A stretch of DNA of 64,000 bases, from NCBI GenBank assembly GCA_963797095.1, contig CAWCNY010000005.1:576001-640000 (forward strand), read 5' to 3'. The stretch comes from an uncultured Chloroflexia bacterium (lineage in GTDB: Bacteria; Chloroflexota; Chloroflexia; QHBQ01; JADMIH01). Shown here in pieces: positions 10,924-21,409 of the stretch; the stretch's first letter is position 1, and each line of letters starts with the position of its first letter. Position numbers and translations under genes: made by a program. The notes under the pieces are model-generated. The model was not told the origin of the DNA. It saw only the letters and a program-made list of their open reading frames with translations, and searched no databases.

Positions 10924-11999
10924 ACGCGCTCACCAACCTCCAGCCCATATGAGGGCAATACGCGCTCGGCAATCGTGTGCATCTCATGCTCCCGCGCAAC
11001 ATACTCGATCCCCCGCCGTCCCAACTCCGACCAGGTCTCAGCGTGCAAAATCAACTCCTCCAACACCGAGTAAATATCGCGCCCCGACGTCCTTCGTCTT
11101 TCGTCCGCAAACGGCTCAGCACTAACTATCGGCAGATCCTCAGCATAACACTTCCGCAGGTCGTCCCGGATGCGACATACTACCGGCACGCCCTTCGCCA
11201 TCATCTCGATAGACACCGTCCCGTACGCGCCGATCATCAACTGGTCAACAGCGATATCCGCCCGGTCGCAGAACTGCACTACCTCGCTATGAGGCACACC
11301 CTCCAGCAGCATCAACTCCATCGGATATCCGGCACCTTTCAATCGCTCGACGGCAGCCACCAGGTGCCCCGTCCCCTTGATCGACCGGTCCGAGGGCGCG
11401 TGCAAGATCCGAACGGGGTCGTCCGCCGTAATAGGCGTCGTGCGCGGCGGTCGAGGCGTCCACTTGCCCAGGTCAACCGGGCCGGGCATCAGTACCGCCC
11501 CTGGCACAAACTCCAGGAGGTCCGGCGTAGACACCAGCGTAACATCCGCCCACTTAGGGTCTGGATGATGCTTTTGCATACACACCAGCGACAGGCACTC
11601 GCTGCACCCGCTAACCTCGTACTTACTGATCGAAACATCCCGCCCGCGCACCTCGCACCCGCAAAAGTGGAACACGATCTTCTTGCCCAGCCGCTTCAAC
11701 AAAAGCAAATCCGGGTAGGGATAAGGGAACAGCGTATTCCCGAAGTAGAGATGAAACACATCGTAACGCCCGATCGCGTCCAGCGCGAACAGTCCGGTCG
11801 CGACCACCTTCTTCACAGGATTATCCCCGTGTGCCAGGTTCAGCGTGCGGTCGGTGCCAAAATCGTACTTGTGCGCCACATACTGGACCGAAGTGGCGTC
11901 AAATCCCAGGTCCCGCTCGGCCCGCGCCAGCAGGCCCGCGATCCCGGCTATATTGGTCGGCGCGTGCAATATTCGCGGCCCGTTCTTGTGCTCTACCAT
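10920..11999 (-). CDS. Glycosyltransferase (GT-B, GT4-like)
   Basis: HAPSDRSIKGT and DQLMIGAYGTVSIEMMAKGVPVV. Confidence 0.8.
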   Translation of the reverse strand: MVEHKNGPRILHAPTNIAGIAGLLARAERDLGFDATSVQYVAHKYDFGTDRTLNLAHGDNPVKKVVATGLFALDAIGRYDVFHLYFGNTLFPYPYPDLLLLKRLGKKIVFHFCGCEVRGRDVSISKYEVSGCSECLSLVCMQKHHPDPKWADVTLVSTPDLLEFVPGAVLMPGPVDLGKWTPRPPRTTPITADDPVRILHAPSDRSIKGTGHLVAAVERLKGAGYPMELMLLEGVPHSEVVQFCDRADIAVDQLMIGAYGTVSIEMMAKGVPVVCRIRDDLRKCYAEDLPIVSAEPFADERRRTSGRDIYSVLEELILHAETWSELGRRGIEYVAREHEMHTIAERVLPSYGLEVGERV

Positions 12000-12008
12000 C
12001 CTTCAATT

Positions 12009-13241
12009 CTAACAAATATCAAGGAGTCTTTCGTATACCTCCACCAATTTCCGCCCTTGCGCCTCCCATGTATATTGCGGCGCTACCCGCAACAGGTTTT
12101 CCCGCACTCCTGCTGCCTCAGCAGGTCTTGTCAGCAGCCCGTTTATAGCCGAGGCATATGCCTGCGGGCTATCCAGCTTCGCCACCATTCCCAGCCCATC
12201 GCTCACGATCACCTTGCGCAGATACGGCAAATCGCTCGCCACGATTGGCAACCCGGCCTGGATGAAATCGAACAGCTTGTTGGGCGAAGTGTAGTAATTG
12301 TTCAAGTCCACCGCCTGATAAGGTATCACCCCTAAATCCGCCGACGCGCAATAGGCCAGGAGGTCGCGCTGGGGCACAGCGGGAATAAAGTGCACCAGCC
12401 CCTCAGGCTCCGCGCTCGCCATCTCCCTCAAAATCTCCTCGTACTCGCCATAGCCCATGAACACCACCACCGCGCCATCAACCAACAGCCGCGCCGACCT
12501 CACTAGGTTCTCCAGTCCCCTTCCCTCCGACATCCATCCCTGGTACAGCACCACCTTGCGCTCAGGTGCCAACCCCAACTGCTCGCGTATGCGGTCATAC
12601 CTTCCGCGTGGGTCGAACCCTTGCGGCGGATCGGGGCAATTCAGCACCACTAGCGGTGGCGGCACGCCATAACGCTTACCCATCTCCTCCGCGATCAACT
12701 CGTTCACCGTGATCGCCAGGTCAGCCTGGGGCAGCAACCTTCCCTCAAGCCGCCGCCAAGATCTGCGCTTCAACCGCACCCAGCGGTTCGCCATCTCAGG
12801 GAAAAGCTCATGCGCATCATACACGAGCTTTGCCCCTCGCTTCCTGGCCGCACTGTAGGCCACCTGCAAGTTATTCAAATCATGCGCGTGATAAACGTCA
12901 CCAGCCCCTCGCACAGCCGGGCTCAGTGCCCGCAAAGTGAAGGTATGCTTCCCGGTCAGCACGCTCCAGAGGGCCGCTGCCTGCGTTCCGCGCGTCACCC
13001 CAGCCAATCGGTACAACCACCCGAACCGTGGATCTCGCCCTCTCACCGCCACCCACTCAACCGGCAGCCCGTCCACGCTGCCCATCTCGTCGCGCTCGTC
13101 ACCCGACCGGGTGATAATCCGCACGTCCAACCCCGCATTGGTGAGTGTACGTGCCTCCTGAAGAATGCGGCGTGTCACCTCCACGTCCTGCGTGATCATC
13201 ACCACTCTGGTCTTCCGTTCGCGTTTGGCAGCTTCAGGCAT
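12009..13241 (-). CDS. Glycosyltransferase family 4
   Basis: YHAHDL, YDAHE and SPNKLFDFIQAGLPIVASD. Confidence 0.9.
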   Translation of the reverse strand: MPEAAKRERKTRVVMITQDVEVTRRILQEARTLTNAGLDVRIITRSGDERDEMGSVDGLPVEWVAVRGRDPRFGWLYRLAGVTRGTQAAALWSVLTGKHTFTLRALSPAVRGAGDVYHAHDLNNLQVAYSAARKRGAKLVYDAHELFPEMANRWVRLKRRSWRRLEGRLLPQADLAITVNELIAEEMGKRYGVPPPLVVLNCPDPPQGFDPRGRYDRIREQLGLAPERKVVLYQGWMSEGRGLENLVRSARLLVDGAVVVFMGYGEYEEILREMASAEPEGLVHFIPAVPQRDLLAYCASADLGVIPYQAVDLNNYYTSPNKLFDFIQAGLPIVASDLPYLRKVIVSDGLGMVAKLDSPQAYASAINGLLTRPAEAAGVRENLLRVAPQYTWEAQGRKLVEVYERLLDIC

Positions 13242-13387
13242 AGGTCCATTGTATGGGCGAGCCTGACCCCGGTCAAGCGCATCGCCTTATATTGAACAAT
13301 GAATGGCTACTTTTCGGCCTGTAAACTGAGCGCCCGTACGAGCGACAATATCACCATCAAATACCATGTAAGGAGGGTACTTCCCCC

Positions 13388-13873
13388 ATGAAACGAGCCA
13401 GACTCACCCTGCTCCTGGTGCTGGCCTTAGCCCCCGTACTTGCGTCCTGCGACAGTGGCACATCTTCATCAGGCGCTGCCTCATGCTCAGGCAGCTTCGA
13501 AGCGTCGGTTGACCAGGACACAATCGTCGCCGGGAACCTCAAGATCGATGTAGACCAGTCAGGCAAACTGACAGGCACACTCACCCCTGCCACAGGTGAC
13601 GCTCTCGCTGTATCCGGTGCAGTAAGCGGTCAGGCCATCAATATAGCCATCTCGATGGGCAACGATCAGTACCTCTTCGGCTCTGGCACATTCACGCAGC
13701 CCGTTAGCCAGTGCGCGGGCGTGGCGGGAGGTACCTTCGCGGTCGAGACTATCAAAGGCGGATCCACTGCGGGCCGCCTCCCGATCCTCGCTGCCCCACT
13801 ACAGCAGCCTCCTTCGCAACTCACAATCGAGAATAAGCGCATAGGCATCTGGGGCTATGCTATCGGCGGCTGA
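13388..13873 (+). CDS. Hypothetical lipoprotein
   Basis: MKR followed by a hydrophobic stretch and lipobox LASC; GGAGG RBS. Confidence 0.7.
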   Translation: MKRARLTLLLVLALAPVLASCDSGTSSSGAASCSGSFEASVDQDTIVAGNLKIDVDQSGKLTGTLTPATGDALAVSGAVSGQAINIAISMGNDQYLFGSGTFTQPVSQCAGVAGGTFAVETIKGGSTAGRLPILAAPLQQPPSQLTIENKRIGIWGYAIGG

Positions 13874-13900
13874 CCGTGATCCGGGAAGCGAGAAGCATAT

Positions 13901-15922
13901 CTAATGAGAGCCGGCACCTTGTCCCGCCCTGCGGAACACATCCAGCCACAGCACAAGGTTGGTCCATCGCCACACCTGTGCAGTGCCCCCAGGCTGTGCA
14001 AGCAGCTCCGGCACTCTTCCTCGTATGTGGTGCAGGTCAAGGAACTCCGACCCTGTGCCGGACGACAATATCTCTAGCAGGCGTCCTTGCCCCGCTTTCA
14101 GCCACTGTTGCTCAGGCGTCTCGAAGCCAACCTTGTCGCGCCGCCACACTATCTCCTCAGGTAAGCTATTCGACACGGCCTCGCGCTGAATCCACTTGGT
14201 CCAACCATCTTTCAACCGCAGGTGTGGGGCCTGGGTGAACACGTACTCCACCAGTCTGTAATCAAGGAACGGCACTCTCGCCTCGATTGAGAATGCCATC
14301 GAGTTGCGGTCCTCATAACGCAAAAGTGTGGGCAGAGAATCTTCAAGCATAAGGCGGGCAAGGTGCGTGTTGAGGTTTCGCAGGTTGGAATAGCCATCGC
14401 CCCAATCCTCCGCGACTCCCCGCACTCTATGCCCAAGGTCGGGAGCAAGCCCCGATCTATCCAACGCTTGCCTCACCCGCAAAGCTCTCACCTGTTTGAG
14501 TAAGGGCGTGGGCAACTGCCCCGCTACCCCGCGCACGAGCAGCGATAGAGGACTTAGGCCCGTGATCTCCTGTATCCGCTGTGCCTCTCCGAGCGCCTGC
14601 GTCAAGCTCCCGGAGCGCAACAATTGCCCCAACCACACAGCGAACGGTCGATACCCACCCAGCATTTCGTCCGCCCCCTGCCCATCAAGCAGCACCGTCA
14701 CCCCTCGCTCGCGCGCCAGCCGCATCACGCACCACTGCGCAAACATACTGGTCGATTGGAAAGGCTCGTCCTGGTACCACACCAGCTTCTCAAGATCATC
14801 CCACAGTCCCTCACCTGTCGGGTACACATAGTTCTCGGCCGCACCCATGTTCTCGACCACCTGCTCAATATATCGCCGCTCGTTCCAGGGTCCTTCCGCC
14901 TGATAGACAGCGCTGACTGTCTGCTGGTGTTCGCCAAGCCGCTCCAACGACACCGCATGCTCTGTCTGCATCAACCTGCCCGCCACCGCCACTATAGAAG
15001 ACGAATCAAGACCCCCTGACAGGCATGTACCAACCGGCACATCGGCGCGCAGTCGCAGGCGTACTGCGTCGGTAAATAGCTCGCCATAGCGTGTTACCGC
15101 ATCAACCTCGGATACATGTGCATCACTTGGCTCAACGGGAAGCGACCAGAACCGGCGTGCCCTGCGCCCTTCCCGCGAGATAGTCGCGTAATAGCCTCCC
15201 GGCAGCGCCTGTACCCCGTTGAAAAAGGTCTCGCCACGCACATGCGACGGCATTACGCCTTCGGCTACATAGCGCGCCACCGCGCCCTCCGACGGGCTGA
15301 AACCCACCAATCCACCCGCCAGCAGCGCCTTGATCTCCGACCCGAAAGCGAACGCGCCATCGCTTCGCGACACAGTATACAAGGGCTTTATTCCAAATCG
15401 GTCTCGCGAAACGACAAGTTGCCTCTTGCGCGCATCCCATAACGCCAAAGCCCACATCCCGTTGAAACGTTGGAAGCACTCGGTACCCCACTGGCGGTAT
15501 GCGGCCAGGATCACTTCACTGTCGGTACCTGTAACAAATCTGTGTCCATAGCCAACCAGTTCGTCCCGCAACTCGATGTAGTTGTACACTTCACCATTGA
15601 AAATCAGCCACGCATCGCGTTCGCCAGCCGGCATAGGCTGGTGCCCTGCGGGCGACAGATCCAGGATGGAGAGCCGCCGGAACCCAAACGCCAGGTCAAA
15701 CCGTTCGCCAATGACCGCCATATACTCGCGGATGTGGGGCAATCCCAACTCGGGCCGCGTATCGTCCCCACCGCACAACACTACACGCCCGGAGCGAGTG
15801 TCAACCAGCAAATACCCTTCATCGTCCGGCCCCCGGTGCCTCAGCGAAGCTATAGCTCTACGCACCGCCCCCAGGTCGACCGACCTGCCGTTTGTCTGCC
15901 AGATACCATAAATACCGCACAT
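13901..15922 (-). CDS. asnB: Asparagine synthase (glutamine-hydrolysing)-type amidotransferase, probably sugar-amidating
   Basis: N-terminal MCGI, HRGPDDEG, RRLSILD, LSGGLDSS, DGQGADE and EARVPFLD. Confidence 0.93.
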   Translation of the reverse strand: MCGIYGIWQTNGRSVDLGAVRRAIASLRHRGPDDEGYLLVDTRSGRVVLCGGDDTRPELGLPHIREYMAVIGERFDLAFGFRRLSILDLSPAGHQPMPAGERDAWLIFNGEVYNYIELRDELVGYGHRFVTGTDSEVILAAYRQWGTECFQRFNGMWALALWDARKRQLVVSRDRFGIKPLYTVSRSDGAFAFGSEIKALLAGGLVGFSPSEGAVARYVAEGVMPSHVRGETFFNGVQALPGGYYATISREGRRARRFWSLPVEPSDAHVSEVDAVTRYGELFTDAVRLRLRADVPVGTCLSGGLDSSSIVAVAGRLMQTEHAVSLERLGEHQQTVSAVYQAEGPWNERRYIEQVVENMGAAENYVYPTGEGLWDDLEKLVWYQDEPFQSTSMFAQWCVMRLARERGVTVLLDGQGADEMLGGYRPFAVWLGQLLRSGSLTQALGEAQRIQEITGLSPLSLLVRGVAGQLPTPLLKQVRALRVRQALDRSGLAPDLGHRVRGVAEDWGDGYSNLRNLNTHLARLMLEDSLPTLLRYEDRNSMAFSIEARVPFLDYRLVEYVFTQAPHLRLKDGWTKWIQREAVSNSLPEEIVWRRDKVGFETPEQQWLKAGQGRLLEILSSGTGSEFLDLHHIRGRVPELLAQPGGTAQVWRWTNLVLWLDVFRRAGQGAGSH

Positions 15923-15963
15923 GGAGGGATTATAACAGACTAAAGGTTGAGGACGTCACAATC

Positions 15964-17331
15964 ATGTCTTATACTACGGCGAGGTCTATTCAAATGGGCA
16001 TTGGTCGAAACAGCATATTTGGGATGGCTGCTGATGTTCTGGTTTTTGGCTTAGGCATCATTGTCAGTATTATTCTCACACGAAACCTCGGACCTGAGCA
16101 GCGAGGAGTTTATGTATTGCTGGTTACCACCAATCTCCTCCTGTCAAATCTGGTTCATCTGAGCCTGGCTAATGCACTCAGCACAATGTTGGCCCGTGGG
16201 CGCTATCGTTTGGGTGAGGCCAATGTAGTTGCTCTGTTATTAGCTGTCGCACTGGGGATTGCATGTCTCCTTGTTGTCACCCTGATCTTTCCATTCATAT
16301 CTGATAGTGTTTTTCACAACGTCCCATATGGCCTTTTGTTGGTATCGCTTGTTCTCATTCCGACCACAATCTATCAGATGTATTGGAGTGCCATCATGGT
16401 TGGCACGAACCGCCCTTTGCTGTTAAGCAAGGTGAATCTATCGACAAACATAGTCAATGCCGTTCTGATGATCTTTCTGGTGGGATTCCTAAGTCTTGGT
16501 ATGACCGGTTTTATTTCTGCATGGACTACAAGTTCAGTGCTCGGTTTTGCAGTTATGGTGTTCATATCCATCAGGATGGACGAGCACACTTGGAAACCAA
16601 GTCGTGCAGCCGTTCAGGACATGCTTAAGTTTGCAATCAAAGGTCATGGAGCTCAAGTAGCTCATCAGATCTTCTTAAGGTTCGATGTTTACGCAGTGAA
16701 TATACTTATCGGTTCAGCCGGTGTTGGCTACTATTCTCTGGCCACATCCCTAGCTGAGAAGCTTTGGTTGCCATTGAACGCAATGCACGCTGCATCAGTC
16801 GGCAAGATTGCACAACTTCCTCAGGATGAATCAGCCATGCTCACTGCTAAGATAACTCGGACATCCGTCTTGCTTATGATATCAGTAGCAATACCATTTG
16901 GTCTGATAAGCCCCTGGTTGATCCCATTTCTATACGGAACCCAATTCGACGCTGCTGTGGGGCCGCTGCTTATTCTACTGGGTGGCACCCTGAGCTTTGC
17001 AGTTATGTGGGTTGTGAACGACTACATTCTCGGCCAGATGCAGCGTCCCGGATTACTCTCTGTAGTTGCATGGATCCAACTTGGTATCAGTGTGCCACTC
17101 TATATAACACTAATACTCTGGCAAGGCATCGTTGGCGCGGCTATTGCTTCAACCATTACGTACTTAATTGCGATGGGAGTTACACTCTATATCTTTTGTC
17201 ATCATTCTGGTCTCAAGCTGGCATCTCTTCTAATCCCCAAGCGCGCTGACTTCGCAGATTACTTACGCGTTCTTGCTTCCATGCTTACCTTCTTGCCGTT
17301 CCTCAAACGTGTCGATCGCCGTCCTTCATAA
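15964..17331 (+). CDS. Wzx-type oligosaccharide flippase; start approximate
   Basis: About 12 TM helices, LTRNLGPEQRG and RFDVYAV...VGYYSLA. Visibly more AT-rich than its neighbours. Confidence 0.85.
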   Translation: MSYTTARSIQMGIGRNSIFGMAADVLVFGLGIIVSIILTRNLGPEQRGVYVLLVTTNLLLSNLVHLSLANALSTMLARGRYRLGEANVVALLLAVALGIACLLVVTLIFPFISDSVFHNVPYGLLLVSLVLIPTTIYQMYWSAIMVGTNRPLLLSKVNLSTNIVNAVLMIFLVGFLSLGMTGFISAWTTSSVLGFAVMVFISIRMDEHTWKPSRAAVQDMLKFAIKGHGAQVAHQIFLRFDVYAVNILIGSAGVGYYSLATSLAEKLWLPLNAMHAASVGKIAQLPQDESAMLTAKITRTSVLLMISVAIPFGLISPWLIPFLYGTQFDAAVGPLLILLGGTLSFAVMWVVNDYILGQMQRPGLLSVVAWIQLGISVPLYITLILWQGIVGAAIASTITYLIAMGVTLYIFCHHSGLKLASLLIPKRADFADYLRVLASMLTFLPFLKRVDRRPS

Positions 17332-17336
17332 CATCC

Positions 17337-18482
17337 ATGCGTGTGCTCATAATCCCCTCCTGGTATCCTACATCTTCGAAGCCTGTGAACGGCATTTTTA
17401 TCCGTGAGCAAGCGGATGCACTTAGTTCAGAACATGAAGTACGAGTGCTTTACCTTGATGTTCTGCCCCGTAAAACGAACGCTAAGCCAAGGCATACTCT
17501 CAAGTCGGATCGAGGTTATGTTGAGGAGATTATTGAGATATCCAATACGACCTTGGTATGGCAGTTTGTATACCTATTGCGCCTGGCCCAGGTACTTAGG
17601 AGGCTTCGTCACGACTTTGTACCAGAGATAGTCCATGCGCACATTGCTGTACCAGCTGGATGGGCTACCGCTTTGCTTCATAAGATTGTCGGTGCCCCGG
17701 TCGTGCTGACAGAAAATAGTAGTGAATTCGGATCTTGGTTGAAAAGACCTGGCTTAAGATGGATGGCTAAATTGGCTTTTTCCCATGTAAATCTTGTCAT
17801 CGCCGTCAGTGAGGGTCAGCGAAAGAGGATCGAAAATACGTTTCACAGGCATAAAGGCATGGTGGTCGTTCCCAATATAGTAGACACCACAAGGTTCAAG
17901 CCGAGCCCCCTACCAGGGTCAGATAGAGCTTATCGCCTTCTGTTTGTAGGTTTGATGGACACGGATCAAAAGGGTGTACAAGTGCTCCTGCGCGCACTTG
18001 CCCTCATACAAGATCAGAATGCACTGGCAGTACCCTTGCATGTAGACATGGTTGGTGACGGAGTCTTAAGATCACAATACGAACAGGAGGCTAAGCGCTT
18101 GCATGTGGACAATATGCTCACCTTTCATGGATTGCTGGAGCATACTGCTGTCGCTCAGTTGCTACGCCACTGTCACGCGCTTGTTTTACCCAGCCTCCAT
18201 GAGGCATTACCCCTGGTAATCATCGAAGCCATGGCGAGCGGGCGCCCCGTCATCAGTACACGATGTGGGGGACCGGAGTATATGATTTCAGACGAAACTG
18301 GACTGTTAGTAGAACCCGGGCAACCAGAACCGCTAGCTGCGGCCATTGTAACCCTGCTTGCCCATTTGGAGAGTTATGACCCTCAGAGGATAGCTGCCTA
18401 TGCAAGCAGTCGGTACAGCTACGATGCTGTATCGACTGCTCTTGCGAGACTATATTTGTGTTTGCGGGCTAATTACGTCTAA
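17337..18482 (+). CDS. Glycosyltransferase family 4
   Basis: IPSWYP and [22 protein letters not shown] (EX7E). Confidence 0.9.
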   Translation: MRVLIIPSWYPTSSKPVNGIFIREQADALSSEHEVRVLYLDVLPRKTNAKPRHTLKSDRGYVEEIIEISNTTLVWQFVYLLRLAQVLRRLRHDFVPEIVHAHIAVPAGWATALLHKIVGAPVVLTENSSEFGSWLKRPGLRWMAKLAFSHVNLVIAVSEGQRKRIENTFHRHKGMVVVPNIVDTTRFKPSPLPGSDRAYRLLFVGLMDTDQKGVQVLLRALALIQDQNALAVPLHVDMVGDGVLRSQYEQEAKRLHVDNMLTFHGLLEHTAVAQLLRHCHALVLPSLHEALPLVIIEAMASGRPVISTRCGGPEYMISDETGLLVEPGQPEPLAAAIVTLLAHLESYDPQRIAAYASSRYSYDAVSTALARLYLCLRANYV

Positions 18483-21193
18483 TTTGCACCCGGTCGTAAG
18501 CTGCAGCCAGGATAGAAAGTATTGCCCACTATCTTGGATGTCTGGCCTCGCGTCACATTGCTGTTAGGTCGGAAGTATGGACGGTTGTTGGGTGGTACGC
18601 ATGGCTCAGGACTCCCACACGGATATCCCTGCATGATAAGTCTATCACCCAACCTCTGAATGAAGGGGTAGAAGGTGGATCCCTCAGGTACATCCTCGAA
18701 TGTTTGCCCTGTGGGAATCTCATCGAATCCAGCAGCGTTCGACACAATCTTGGCAAGTTGTCCCCCGGTAGTCGTGGCTCCAGGACGGAAGTATGGACGA
18801 TTGTTCGGTGCTACACAAGGCTCTCCTGGCCCACCACATGGGTAACCGGACATTACTTGGTGTAGCACCAATCGCTCAATCCACAGCCAGAATGTACTTC
18901 CTTCCGGCACATCCTCGAATGTCTGTCCACTTATCGCATCATCGAATCCGGCGGCCGCTGAAACGATCTTGGCTACCTGACCTCTGCTCACATTAGCATT
19001 TGGACGAAAGTAGGGATCGCTGGTGCTGTTGCAAGGCTCACCGGGCCCACCACAGGGGTAGCCATTGATTATCCCCTGACAGGCAAGACATCGCACAAAG
19101 GGATAGGATGTGCTGCCCGGCAATACATCTGCGAACTGAATCGGGCATATTGTAGGGCTGGCTACCGGGCTGGCTGTCGCAGTGCTCGTATGTGTGCTGG
19201 TAGCTGTATTGGTTGGTGTTGTGGTATTCGTGGATGTGCCAGTTGCGGTCGGCGTATTTGTAGCCGTATTGGTCGGCAGAGCGGTGTCTGTAGCTGTTTG
19301 GGTAGGAGTATTGGTCTCGGTTGGAGATGAGGTATTAGTTGGCGTATTTGTTGGGCTGGCGGTATTTGAAGGGGTCTCAGTAGGTATATCTGTAGCTGTA
19401 TTGGTTGGAGTGGAGGTAGGCGTATTAGACTCCCTCCAAGATAGGAAGACTAGGACAGCGATGACCCCGAAGAATCAAGCTTGGTCACGAAAGCATCTGT
19501 TTCACCCGCAAGTGCAGGTTGGAAAGGAGACTCAGTCGGAAAATTCGCGGAATCGGTATAACCGGTTATATAAGAATTGCCACCGGAGTTTAGAGAGATT
19601 TCCTCCCCGATATGGTTACCTGAGCCTCCAAGATATGTGCAAAATTCAAGCCCGGATCCTAATGAGGTAAACTTTGTAACATAGGCGTCGCCATTTCCTC
19701 CATAAGATGGCTGAAAAGCATTCATAACAGGTAGGTCACCTGAGAGTGTATAACCACTAGGTATGCATTGCCTAAGGAATCGACTGCGATGCCGTAACCT
19801 GTATCAGCCCCGCTCCCACCGAAATAGGTTGCACAGGGTTCTGTTGCACCTGCCGCCTCGATCTTGACGTCCTGTATGCCGCTCAAGGATCCTTGATAAG
19901 CATTGTGAGTCGGAAAGTCTGACGACCGGGTATCACCTACGACATAGGCATTTCCGGCAGCATCAAGCGCTAAGCGTGTCGCATGGTCAGGTCCGCTTCC
20001 GCTAACAAAGGTAGAGAACAGCAACCCAGAACCGGAGGAATCGAGCTTTGTTATGAAACCGTCAACTCCTCCGCCAATGCTGAGCTGGACAGCCTTAGTA
20101 ATGGGGAATGATGCAGACGTTGTGGAGCCGATCAAGTAAACTTCCCCTAGGCTATTCACAGCAATGTCCTGGCCTTGGTCGTCTGCTGTGCTACCGAGGT
20201 AGGTTGAATAGATGAGAGTTGTTCCAGCAGCACTTAGTTTGGTTACAAATGCGTCATTCCCGCCCGCATAAAAGGGTTGAAGTGCGTTTGTTATAGGGAA
20301 GTTCGAAGAGAGAGTGGGACCTGTTACATACATATTCCCTTCGCTGTCGATAGCAATACCCTGCCCACGGTCTGTGCTGGTGCCTCCCAGATACGTGGAA
20401 TATAATAGCGTGGGATCGAGCACCAATGGCAATGACCTGTCATACACTCCCATTATGAAACCTACTGTACCATCGCCGTAAACCTTGAATTGGGCCACTA
20501 CGGGCACCTGCGTGCCCCCGACTGTCTGCCAGGCTACCGGGGCGGCTTCAGTAGCCGTCAGTGCTTCCCCATCCTTGGATGAGAGAGTTAGCTGTAGATT
20601 GCCCTGAGCGTCGATATTTGTGTTGCTTATGGCGGTATAGCTCCATCTAATTACTGATGGATCGGCGCCTGGTGCTATCGTATAGGTGCTTTTTAGGTGT
20701 CCTTCTGTGCCTGAGTACGTCAGGTCTATCCCGTCGTAGAGTTGCGAGTATGTGATGCCTGCGTATGTTGGCAGATCGGTGTGCCACTCGGCGGGGTCGT
20801 TGCCTATGATGTAGTTCACCCGGCCCGGCAGCGGATCGCCAACAGCTACGACCGGCAGAGGATTAGCGCCCGCAAACTGGTTCTCAGCACTCCTGTATCT
20901 GGACTGGCCCCTTTGAGGCTGAGCACCACTTCTGATGGAGCGAAGTAGAAGGTGCCTCCTGAGGCTCGCGCCATGTATTGAACTTCGCCGTTGGTTTGCC
21001 CTGCATTGGGCTCGAAGGAGAGCGGCAGTTTGCTGAGGCTAGGTGTGGTGGAAGTCTGTTGGATTGTGTGCGTCACCGACAGGGAAATGGCAGCTACTAA
21101 AGCACTCACAGTTAGCAGGAGCGTAAGTAGAAAAGGCCACATTCTATTGGGAGGTAAGTCTGAGGTTCGAACGCGCGTTGCCTGGGCAAGCAT
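18479..21193 (-). pseudogene. Surface protein with signal peptide, SBBP beta-propeller repeats, Pro/Thr linker and three Cys-containing SLH-like repeats; fragmented
   Basis: Collinear fragments 20846-21193, 19722-20819, 19450-19725 and ~19430-18479. Motifs include YSTYLGG, DAFVTKL, TPTNT and FEDVP...[11 protein letters not shown]...YFRP. There is an in-frame TAG at 19450 plus several frameshifts. Confidence 0.85.
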
Positions 21194-21409
21194 GAGACTA
21201 CCTCCTCAAGTCAGGGCGGGTGAGCGGCATACACTCGAATCGGGCTGGGTCTCCGCAGCCCGGCTTACGGTGCTAGTCTAGCATACTTATACGCGATAGG
21301 CAATAGTACCTTCGCACTGTGGGTATTAGCCCCTTCAGTGGATAGAGCAACGCGACTCACAGTATGTAGCCGTTACCCTGTCGCCTCCTGCAAGGCCTAT
21401 CTTTTTGCG

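Noticed and set aside
10977-12335. 452-aa plus-strand ORF
   Set aside because: Antisense shadow of two clear glycosyltransferases; no motifs.
13901-15922. AsnB as a lasso-peptide cyclase
   Set aside because: It has an intact N-terminal Cys glutaminase domain, no B1/B2 or precursor genes are nearby, and the context is sugar biosynthesis.
19182-19670. Val-rich, membrane-looking ORF
   Set aside because: Reverse complement of the Pro/Thr linker of the surface-protein pseudogene.
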